A DNA stretch of 59,205 nt, the filler included, from Jimgerdemannia flammicorona (taxonomy: Eukaryota): NCBI GenBank assembly GCA_003990765.1. It is 2 parts of 2 records of this genome, joined end to end, with 100 filler letters (N's around TTAATTAATTAA, not from the genome) between each part and the next. Parts side by side here need not be neighbours in the genome. Positions count along the whole stretch, not along the records: positions 29,654 to 59,205 come from RBNJ01000489.1; 1 more part is not named here. One strand, written 5' to 3'. Shown in pieces: positions 48,830 to 59,205 of this stretch (within the stretch, counting starts at the first letter, position 1; every line of letters starts with the position of its first letter). Both the position numbers and the translations under genes were made by a program. The notes under the pieces are model-generated. The model ran no database searches. It saw only the letters and a list, made by a program, of their open reading frames with translations, and was not told where the DNA came from.

Positions 48830-50370
48830 CACAATGTAATTAGTTATCATGTCCGGGACTAGAATGATGAACCAATAGTTGAATATGCGATGTATCTACT
48901 ACTGTTGTTCGACGAAGACAGGATTGCTTGGCGTGCCAAGGATACTTTTAGGGAAATTGGCTTTATTGATGGTGTCCATGTGGAATTTTACCATGGTTAT
49001 AAGAACGAAAGCTCTGGCTATTTTGGAGCGCACTGGGCGTGCCGGAGGTATTGGACGAGTTCAGTAAATATATGATATGTATTCCGAGAATGAATCCCTC
49101 TAACACGGTCAAGATCATTGAAGCCGGTTTTTTACAATCGTCTCCAAAATATGCTCACGGTTTCGAATCGGAATTTCTACACCGCACAGCCCGACGATAA
49201 TGCCGCCAGGATTATCCACGGCCTCATTTATGACATGAGTTAGGAAACGAAGGACGAGGGAGAATGCAATTACGACTCGGTGGTCATTGGCAGCATCTTT
49301 GAAATCTAGATAGCAAACTACTGTTAAAATTGGCTCATTAGGATAGTGAATGTCATCTCGTAACGGATGAGTCATGCGTGTGTGCAAATTCCTATTTCCC
49401 GTCTCCATCATCATTTGTAACAATTGCAATGCGTGTTTCGTACGACTTGACGGAAGGAAAATAAATAAATCTTTCAGAACTTCCAAAAAAAAATTGGTTT
49501 AATTGATCTTATTGATTACGCGTGCAACTTTATGACCAATAGAAACGGCCAGCACTTTTCTGAAAAGAATATTCTTTTTCAATTTTTTTTTTTTTTTTTT
49601 TTTTTTTGTGAGTTGCATAAGCAATGCGTCGTGGAAAAAAGACTGCGCCATCGTAACACGGACTTTTATACCCAATGACGCCCTCGCCCGTATATTTCCA
49701 TGCCCACCACCCGCATTTTGCAGAAACAGGAAATGCACCACGTTGTGTAATGCTGAACCCTAAGCAATTTCCGGGCAATTACAACTCATAATCCTGATCG
49801 ATGGTAAACCCGATAACTTGATCTATGATAACGAGGAAGTGCTCGCCCTCAAAATTAAGCACACATCAAATCTCACCCCTCAAAGGTTATCACTTGGTTG
49901 TAAGCCAAAACATTGGCCTTTTGTCTGCCGCAGATGTGTGCTCAGCTGCCTTCAGCAGTAAGAGAACATATTCGTTTATTAGATATTGATAAATTATTAA
50001 GAACCTGGATGAAGGAGCTGCAAATTGTTGGAGGGGCTTTTCAAACCCTTTTCACTGAAGATTTGCTACAACAACTGCTCAATAAAGAAACAATCTTGCG
50101 TATTCCATTATCCCTCTTTTCAATGGAAATATCTACCGCCGGGTTCACCATTTTTTCAAATTAAGCTTCTCAGCAAACTCGAACCTAGTCCATTTCGGGT
50201 CCTGTTTGGTTGGGGGCCAAGGTTTTGGGTTGAAATTGAAATAAGCTAGAGATAACCTGAAACTCGAAATCCATGACCCGAAACACAACCGTCCATCATA
50301 TACTGCACACCTTCCAGCTCACGTTAACGACCCTGCATTTGCTATATATAGGAAATACCAGAAAACTTTA
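48830..50370 (+). pseudogene. Family B copy 2 (most complete): atypical-kinase-like remnant; homology to copy 3 flanks continues patchily to ~51920
   Basis: Segments EPIVEYAMYLL, AISGQLQLIILIDGKPDNLIYDNEE (49800), AKTLAFCLPQM..LLDIDKLLRTWMKEL..LFTEDLL and KLLSKLEP. Confidence 0.6.
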
Positions 50371-53300
50371 ATGGGATCGGATCGAAGTGGCTTAGCAAAA
50401 CGTCATCATTGGAAGGCACGTGTTTGGTGACGCATCCCATTTTAAGGATGACGCGGTAGAAATCGTTCGTCGCTCTACGCAAGCTGAACAGTTCTACAGA
50501 TACCCTCAAGGGGTACGAGTGGGCTTACGCGGCAACCTCTTACGCAGCCCAAAAAATTAGTCAGAGATACAGGAAAAAGACTGCATAAACAGTGGACGTT
50601 TGCCGATAACAATAGAGACCAGTTTTAAAGATTTTGACCTATCAGAAACCGCGTGTATTCAGGCAAGGAACGTGTAATCCTAAGAATCCGCATATAACAG
50701 GTAATTTTCCATGCTCAGAAGGTTGCAATTACGATGCCTTATTTAGCTCATTGGGTAAAATTTGGCAAAAGCAGACGCAATTCCCCGACCTTCCAAAGTT
50801 TTTGTTTTCGCCATCTTATTACTTGTTACTCTGTCTCCCCTAGTATGAGATGGAAAATATGTGATTAGATATCAAAGCATACGACTGCCATCAGAGATGA
50901 AGCAGCAATGGCTTGAATGAAATTAACTACGAAATGAATGCCTCTGAGCTACATGCTACAGAAAGATAACCATTTCGATTAACGCGGGCCAAGTAGAAGC
51001 CATCAACTGACGAGAAATATCTTCTGACCTTCAATGATGCCACATTACCAATTGCACGCATTTCCGAGGCGCGTTGAATCTGATTTCAGGTGGTCCCCAA
51101 CCCTTCATCCTTCCTTTCCCTCGCGGTTCCCTTCATTCTTTTGCTTAGATTCATGCTTTGTGCTTATTTCGTGCTTTCCCGAGCTTCCGTCGGTACACCC
51201 CCTGCATTTGACCTTCTTTTATTTTACACAAGCCCCCCTCCCACATGCGTCAAGTGCGGCACCCACCACTTGCATCGGTCAAGACCGAAATGCTTATTTT
51301 GACCTCTTTTGTTTATTTTTCCACAAAGGAGAAACCACGGGTCAAGGGTGAGTTGCAGTGTCTCTCCCGCTGCGTCAGCGGGTGGAGTCAAGCGGACGGC
51401 GTCACCTCCTTCTCTCACGATGCCCTAGATCACGTACCTGGGCTGGATGAGTCAAGAGGACAAGTTACGAATGCTGCAGCAAAAATTCCCCCGGCAAGTG
51501 GAATGATTCCTTTCGCGATTCGGTAATCTTTCGAAAGATACGGATAGCGTCGGATAATATGGATCATTCCAACCCCTATTAGGATCGACGGGGTCGTTGT
51601 AGGGTATCTGGGTGAATGAATTTAAGGCGGCGGCGCGCTATAAGGCACGTGGAGACCGACACAACCACACCTCGCGGTGGCCTAGCCGAAGCATTCAAAA
51701 TAGAACATGAGCCTGCAAAACATGGATATATCCTGTATGTAGCAATAAGGCAAATTATATTTTCGCATTCACCTATTTGATGGTTTCGCATATATATTGT
51801 GTGTGTTCTTCTGTAGGCAATAATATTGGCGTCACTAAGTGAAGCATCGTAGAGACACCGGGGAGCCTGAAAAGCGACCTTTCGTGCACAGATTACTTGG
51901 ATACTTCAAGACTGCCCTTTATTGTAATTAAAGTCCTATCTAATACCTGGGCCATCCTACGTAAGCCCGTTCGTGACTTTGACCGTACCCTGTATGTTAC
52001 GCTTGGGGATCAGCAGGGCCTCGTTTCCACGTAGAGAGGTGCTCGCACCTTCCACGTTGGGGGGTACGTTAGCACGTGCATACAGTCTTCAAGCCCCGCT
52101 ACACCGTTGTGTGATCACCGCATTTCCCCATTCACAGATCATGATGCAAATTGGCCGGTTGACTTGAATGGGCTATTTTCGACATCCTTCAATCACGCAA
52201 CGAAACAATTACGCACTCCGCGCAAGAATGGGAGCAGCGTCAGGTATTTCGGATCTCAAACCTCTCGAACGAAACAGGTAAATTGTTTTATTGAAAAGAA
52301 ATACAACATGTTGGCAGATATGACCAATACTTTTCATAAACTCAGACTGTAAAGCTTCAACTGTTCTTGGTAGCACTATCTCGAAAGAATGCCAAATATT
52401 AATTCATGGCGATAGTTGAAGCATATTGGAATGACATTAATTGTGAAAGATAATTCTGGGTTTCCATTTTCTTGACATATGACGCTTCCAGTGAGAGGTT
52501 CTTAGTGACACAGTGATTCATGGCATAATGCTTTGACTTGATCACAGGCTCCTTGGTTGCACAAAGTCGCTCAGTCTAGGGCATTGTTAATAGTTATGGT
52601 AGTGTATACATATGCCCCTCTCCATACGCATAAATATTTGCCAAAAACAATATGAACACGCGATTCCTCTGGGTACCAGCCTGAAATAGAACCGAACTTT
52701 TTGAACCAAATTGTTGACTACGATGAATGATTATCTGCTTGGTAGTTAACCATTATTCAGATTGGGCATTGATTGATTTTTCAGCACATGCTGTATAGTA
52801 TTCTATTTTGCTCTTTACATATATGGAACACAGGTCATCGATAAAATCAACTCTCGGACCGTGGTGCCAAACATTACCAATTTCGTAACTCGACTACTTG
52901 ACGCGGTCATTGGCAAAACATTAAGTCTCGAGTTAATGCGTTTTGGTGTATTGCCGTCATCATCACGGTATTGACACATGGACATATGGGCATTGCGGCA
53001 TTGCAGCCTGCTGTTTCGGCAATCACAAACATATTGGCCAGATGTCATATTGTATTTATTGATGTCTACAATCTCAAAAATAGTAACAATAATCTATGCA
53101 CCAGATTTCAACATACCCACTACTGTTTTCCTTGCAGTAAAGTGTTCTTGGTTCACAAAAAGCAAACCAATATCATTTTGGACAGTCCCGTGGTCGATCG
53201 AGCTATGTCAAGAATGGTTATCGCGCGATCGCAGAAAGAGGGTCCAAAATGAATAGCATTCCCTACATATTGGTATTGCTTGAGGTTATAAGATAGATGC

Positions 53301-53902
53301 AATGCTTTGAATGCTTTTGAAGTTGCGTATCGACTTATCCTTATTTCTGTTTGGGATCTGCAATAAAAAGAAGAAAAAAATAGTATACCGTATTAATTTT
53401 TATTTCTCGGTGAGATTCATATTTTTATGATCCTTTGTATCCTTTCATAAAAATTACACCAAAAAAATGTTAACAAAAACCAGCACCTGCTTGAATTGCT
53501 TTTACAATGCAGATACGACCAGTGCTTACATAACTTATCATAAACTCAGGCTGTAAATACTCCAACTTTTCTTGATGCACAATTTAATATTGGCCGCAAG
53601 CATATTGGAATATCATAAACATAAAGGCGATCCTAACTTTACATATTCTTGATATATGGTGGTTCCAGTGCGAGACTAACAGAGACCAAAACAAAAAACA
53701 AAAAACAAAAAGATACGGCATAATGCTTTGACGCGTACAGTACAGTTCATGATAAACGACCCTGCTTCTTTTGCATATGGGAAACGCAAGACTCTATTAA
53801 AAGATATTAACGCGGATACGTAGAAAATAAAGGCACTTTAGAGTTCCATTCCACTGCCGATGCATGTGCCCGCATACGGAATGTCTATTCGAAGTCGTGG
53901 AA

Positions 53903-54418
53903 TTAGAGTTGAAAGCGAATCAACCGCATGTTGGGGTCCTTCGAAGGCCAATATACCGATGGCTTCGCCTTTGTAATGACATGGTCGACAATGAGCGGGC
54001 CTCTATTAACCTTTGTCACCAGCTCCAATTTGAATCTTTGAAAATCCGCCTCGGTCTCGCCAAAGCGCTCCTCGACGAAGTCCCAGAAAGTTGCCCAGTT
54101 CAGTCGGTCGCAGGCGCTGCGCTCCACGGATTTGAGCTTTTTCAACACCTCCTTTCGATTCTTACTGTTCGCAGGGCCCTTTGCTGTTGCCGCCACCAGC
54201 CTCTCTGGCTCCGAGTTCGGGAATCGCAAGTCAAGTACCACGATGCTGCTCCAGTTTTTTCGGTTCTTCACTAATATGTTGTCGTGGATCATCTGGATGA
54301 AGCACACAATGAACACACCGTACACCTCCATCATCGGGCTAAGGTTCGATACTTCATTTTCACGAGGTGCGCGGGACCGACGTTTAGGAGCACGACAGCG
54401 AGAGAATGCGTTGCCCAT
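53903..54418 (-). CDS. Family A copy 5, 171 aa (a C->T stop removes the last ~6 codons)
   Basis: MGNAFSRCRAPKRR start; ORF open to the TAA at 53903; ancestral TAG at 53885. Confidence 0.7.
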   Translation of the reverse strand: MGNAFSRCRAPKRRSRAPRENEVSNLSPMMEVYGVFIVCFIQMIHDNILVKNRKNWSSIVVLDLRFPNSEPERLVAATAKGPANSKNRKEVLKKLKSVERSACDRLNWATFWDFVEERFGETEADFQRFKLELVTKVNRGPLIVDHVITKAKPSVYWPSKDPNMRLIRFQL

Positions 54419-54580
54419 GTTGGATTGGCTGAAAAGACAACAATGCGTTGAGTTGGGGTGTAAAATGAATGGTTTAACATTTCAGACTGTGAGCCCTATG
54501 ACGTGGAGTTTTGCTTTAAGTAATAATTTATAATATATAATAATGATTTAAGAAGTTTGAGATTTAACAAAAAGTTCATA

Positions 54581-54908
54581 TGAGGCCACTTTTTAAGTAT
54601 TACTTCTGGTGGTTTAGTATGATTAAAAAAACAGGGTGTTAGCTTTTTTTTTTTTTTTTTTTTCATATCTACATTAATAATCAGCTAAATTTTGATGTAA
54701 ATGATTTTTAGTCTTGTAAAATTCACAAATTGACCATAACCTTGATTGAAATGTTATGTTGCCTCTGCTTAATTCATATGTCGAAAAACCGCCTCATTTT
54801 TTGTTTTTTTATGACTGTGATATAATAGATTAAAATCTTATAAATTTTATTTTATTAATAAGAAGATCAATTTCAGGTCACAGTAACATTTTGAAAGTGG
54901 CCGCCTCA
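54581..54908. mobile_element. AT-rich TIR-bounded insertion upstream of family A copy 5
   Basis: TGAGGCCACTTT...AAAGTGGCCGCCTCA imperfect inverted ends; no clear TSD. Confidence 0.45.
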
Positions 54909-55099
54909 AGACATCGTATTACTTCACATTAACTAGGTGTAACGTGATTATGTAAATGTTGCGCGTGCCTAATCGCGGAGTGCTCGCGTGGTCTTGCTGA
55001 TAGGCGAGCAATTTGCGAAGTGGTCCACGTGGTCTTTTTCGATAGGCGAGCAATTTACAAAGTTGTTCACGTGGTCTTGCCCATCACTTTGATAGGCCA

Positions 55100-56190
55100 A
55101 ATCGGAATTTCTATATACACCGTCCAGCCCCGATGACAATGTCGTTAAGATTATCTACGGCCTCACTCCAAGTGGATCTTGAGTTAGGAAACGAAGGATG
55201 AGGAGGAATGCAATTGGTCATTGACAAACTTTGCTTAGCGCATTGATAGCGACATTAAAATCTATATAACAAACGACTGTTAAAATTGGCTTATTAGGAT
55301 AGTGAATGTCATTTCGTCATGCATGTGTGCAAAATTGCTATTTCCCGTCTCTATTATCATTTGCAACAATTGCAACGCGTGTTCCGTGCGCTCCAATAAT
55401 AAATCTTTCAGAGCCTCCAAAAATTGGTTTAATTGATCTTATTGCGCAGGAGAATATTCTTTTTTTTTTTTTGGTGACGTTTACCACGGAAAAAGACTAC
55501 GTCATCGTGACACGAATGTCGGGTGTTCAATATCCAATGCGGTTTACTTGTCCATACCATCCACGTTTTGCAGCAATAGAAAATACACCGCCTTATGTAA
55601 TGCTGGACTCCCAAGCAATTTCGGGGCGGATTGCAACTTATAATAATGATCGATAGTAAACTCGCAACTTGATCTATGATAACGGGAAGTGCTCGGCCTC
55701 AAAATTAAGCACACATTAGATCTTCTCTCAAAGGTTGCCTCTCAATTGCAAACCGAAACATTGCCTTTTTGTCTACCACAGATTTGTGCTCAGCTGCCCT
55801 CAGCAATAAGATAACATATTCGTTTATTAGATACCAATAAATTATTAAGGCCTTAGTCGAAGGAGCAGCAAATTGTTGGAGTGGCTTTCAAAACTTTTTC
55901 TCTGAAGATCAACAACTGCTCAATAAAAAAGAATCTTACGTATTCCATTTCTACCGCCGGGTTCACCGTTTTTTTGAAGTCGAGTTCTCAGCAAACTCGA
56001 ACCTTGTATTTCCAAGAGTAAAGCTTCGAGCGGTCCATTTCGGAAAATTTCGGGTTGGGGCCAAGGTTTTGGGTTGAAACTGAAATCGAAACAAATAATC
56101 TAGAGCTAGCCTGAAACTCGAAATCCGTGACCAGTCCATTATTTCCAGCCCATAATTAACGACTCTGAATTTGCTACATATAGGAAGATA
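55100..56190 (+). pseudogene. Family B copy 3; downstream homology to copies 1 and 2 extends to ~57060
   Basis: Shared blocks INLSEPPKIGLIDLI, PYVMLDSQAISG, NLIYDN and FCLPQICAQLPSA; the catalytic-like motif is further decayed. Confidence 0.55.
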
Positions 56191-58024
56191 GTGTGGGATT
56201 GTCGAATTGTGCGAATCGAAGTGGCTTAGCATAATACATCAAGGTTTTGGTGCAAGTAAGTGTATGTTTAAGATATTTGCGCCACATACAAATGAATACT
56301 AGTGAATATATGACTGATTTTGCGCGTTCAGGTTTGTGGAACGATTACGCCGTAGAAATCGTTCGTCGCTCTACGCAAGCTGAATAGTTCTACAGATACC
56401 CCTCAGCCGCGTGCATTCAGGCAATCATAAGAATCCCAATATAATAGGTTTTCTATGCGGAAAGGTTGCATTACGATGCCTTATGTAGCCCTTTGGGTAA
56501 ATTTGGCAAAAGCAGACGCAATTTCTCGACCTTCCATATTATATACTTGTTACTCTGTCTCCCTAGTATGAAGTGGAGAATATGCGATTAGATATCAAAA
56601 GTACCAAAGGTTGGAATGAAATAAAGCTGTGAGTCTAATATATATGTTCATGTCGAAAAAAACAACCATTTTCGGGTCCACATCACATGACGCAAAATAT
56701 CTCTGAAATAAAGTTCCGAACCAATAGATTCGGAAGATTTCGGTGGTTTGGATAAGGTTTCGTGACAACTTTAAGCATGTGCTCCACCGCGTGTTTTAGC
56801 TATTCGATAGGCGGGCAATTTCTCGCGTTTGTGTTACCGCATTCTTAAGTATGAGGATTACATAACGAGATTGATCAATATAATTTTTCTACAATAAAGG
56901 TGGGGATGTATGGACGGGCTTGCTAAGGATTTTACTATGAAATGCGTCTGGAGATCACCGGGAAGCCTGAAAAGCGACCTGTCATATGAGATATTCCTTG
57001 GATATTCGATCCTCGGTAATATACGCTTACTTCTTCAGGATTTCAGAACTGCTTTATTGCTATCTCCAACCTCTTCCTATTTATACAAGTTCTTATCATT
57101 TACTAGATAATTCCATTATGACATGTAAGCTTATTCTAAGTAATCCTTTCGGAAGAAGTTCGCAGGAAGCTTCTACGAATGCTGGTTAAGTAATACATAT
57201 GTTGCTGTGGCAAGAGCTGCAGCCCAATGTTCAGGGTATTCAATATGTTATTTTCCACATTTCACTTTGTTTGACTTATTCGTTTGTATGCTGCTCGTTC
57301 GTGACGTCATCACTGTCACGTGATCACTATTATCAAACTCGTCATTCATACATCTTCTATGAAATCGTCTGTAGTCCTATTACATTTTAATACTTATCTT
57401 ATAAATAAATATTTAGATAGAGTAAGCTGGGAGATATTTTATTAATAAATTACAGATTCTATAATAACAGATATAGCTTTGTATATAGAGTAGCTGAGAA
57501 AAGATATCTGATATCTTATAATAAAAAAAAATATTTGCTGAATTTTACAAACTTGATAATATATAATTATAATCTAAGATATTGTTATAAATAAAAAAAA
57601 TTCTCAGCACTCTATTTCAGAACTTATTTATAGTTCATAATTAATTTTAATTATGAAAGTAACAATAGTATAATAAATTTTAATAAAAATTTTATCTCAA
57701 TAGATAAAAAGTAGTAGTTCTGAGGAAAAAATTAGCAGTCACATGTAACTAAATTTTTCAGAACTGTTCAGGACTGCTCAGAACTCTAAAATGATTTATA
57801 TAAAATACAAATTATAATATAGTAGATATATAACTTAAAAAGTATAACAGATTTTTTATCCTATATTTTTATTCTTCTTGACTCCTCAGAGCTGATTACA
57901 AGAGTGTAGGAATGTTCTCAGACTATTTAGTTCTTTACTTTTAAACTGTTTTAATCTAGTTTATTTACTCTAAGATACTGAGTTATTTATACAAGTTTAC
58001 TAACTATAGTGACTAAGATATGAG

Positions 58025-59205
58025 TCAGTCCTTTCTCTGCTACCTTACTAGTCACAAGGTTTGGTAGGCAACCTTCCGAGTCCCCTTTCCCCTATTATTA
58101 TCCCCTCTACCTCGGGTTGGTTTGCTGTGTCTGCATGGGCATGGCAGGAGGAAGGCAATAGTGATGAGTTGCCCCTTTATTGGTGCTGGATCAGTATCTT
58201 CTCTACTTTTTTATAGTTTCTAGTGCCTTCAGCTGTGTCTGGAGTGTATTTGTTTTGGTGCAGTGCCTTCTTCCTTTTGCCATCACCAACAAAGTGGTGT
58301 CCTGGTATATCTTGGGCTATGTAGGGAGTTGGCCAACCTTGGGCATCAAGTGCTCAGTATAGGTTACCTGCAGGTTCTCAGTGCCTGTGGTGGGGCCCTC
58401 TGGCTTTGGCGAGCTTCCCGGCGAGTATGGTTCTGGTGTAGGTGACTGTTTCTCGGGTGTTGTTGGAATGGGAGGGGAGATGGCCATCACAGATAGGAGG
58501 AAGGGCAATAATAGTGAACCAGTAGGATGTCAGGCTGGGGGTGGTCATTGGGGCTGGGGCGGGTGCTACTTCGGTGGGGCCTTTTGATTGGTGTGGTGTG
58601 GTTAGGTGGTAGGTGTCACTCTTGGCTTCTTTTGGCAATTTGTGGGGTTGGGCCCTGGTCATCTGGGGGGGTTGGGGGGCCCAAGGCTACTCATTTCAGG
58701 CATCTTGGCTATACTCAACTGGAACCAGAAGCTGATATGGCAATGTGATCAAGGCCTACAGACTTGAGTAGTGGGGTATTGGAGGTCTCCTCCCACCTCA
58801 TGTGTAAGTTCTCTACTCACCTCGACTGGGAGAACCAGGTCCTATCCACTATATTATGCTTTGATGAGGGTTTTTTCTTTGCCTATCATTCTCTTTAGAG
58901 CGGCAGAGGCTATTCTATTTGACTTGGGCATGGCCTTGTACATATGTTGGGTTCTCAGGCATACACTTTCAGTCATTGGCATATGGCTGGGTTTCCCCTG
59001 ATAGTAGGGAGAGCATGGTGTACAGAATGAGGTGCGGGCTACTTTGCCCTGCTACGCCTGGCATGGTCAAGCTGCTGGACAATAGCTAGTCTAGATTAAT
59101 GGGGGGGCAGTGCTTGATGGATAGTGGGGGAGGGTTTTGGCCTATATAGTCTAGGTTTCCTTCCAATAAAAATCCATGGAACATAGAGTCCATTAAACAA
59201 AAAAA
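58025..59205 (+). mobile_element. ~1.2-kb poly-A-tailed non-autonomous retroelement, copy 2 (less mutated)
   Basis: Colinear with 36527-37726; retains some CpG; AATAAA, with the poly-A beginning at the window end. Confidence 0.8.

Noticed and set aside
49115..49486. 123-aa minus-strand ORF as the true family B product
   Set aside because: Not kept open in the other two copies; recognisable motifs lie on the + strand. The strand call remains moderately uncertain.
32100..57350. Cassette array as a Starship, Helitron or other self-mobile element
   Set aside because: No tyrosine recombinase, Rep/helicase or transposase, and no consistent termini or TSDs around the units.

Overview
Eukaryotic, almost certainly fungal, DNA: short spliceosomal introns with CTAAC branch sites, a Tos1-family gene, and Ty3/Ty1/L1 elements. 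The exact lineage cannot be fixed from sequence alone. The window alternates between CpG-normal gene islands and TE blocks that are nearly CpG-free, TpA-rich and full of C->T/G->A changes (a RIP-like or methylation-driven signature). 1-1250 holds an LTR fragment and a Ty1/copia remnant. 1.6-12.2 kb is a gene island: a small triple zinc-finger ORF, an orphan ORF, a compact secreted Tos1/GH16-like protein and an 8-exon FAD-dependent aromatic monooxygenase. 13.2-29.5 kb holds two decayed copies of one Ty3/gypsy family, one inserted in reverse orientation inside the LTR of the other. This family has a tRNA-Pro-type PBS, a dUTPase between protease and RT, and an extra ORF after integrase. An artificial N/TTAATTAATTAA linker at 29554-29653 means the two halves may not be adjacent in the genome. 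32-57 kb is the most novel part: a rearranged array of a repeated cassette with five copies of a small orphan gene that has an N-myristoylation signal plus polybasic N-terminus (MGNA[FYC]SRxRAxKR; three copies keep long ORFs). Three copies sit head-to-head with decayed copies of a larger + strand gene bearing an atypical-kinase-like DGKPDN motif. The array is interleaved with copia, L1, SINE-like and MITE insertions. A poison/antidote, allorecognition or effector cassette is a hypothesis only.
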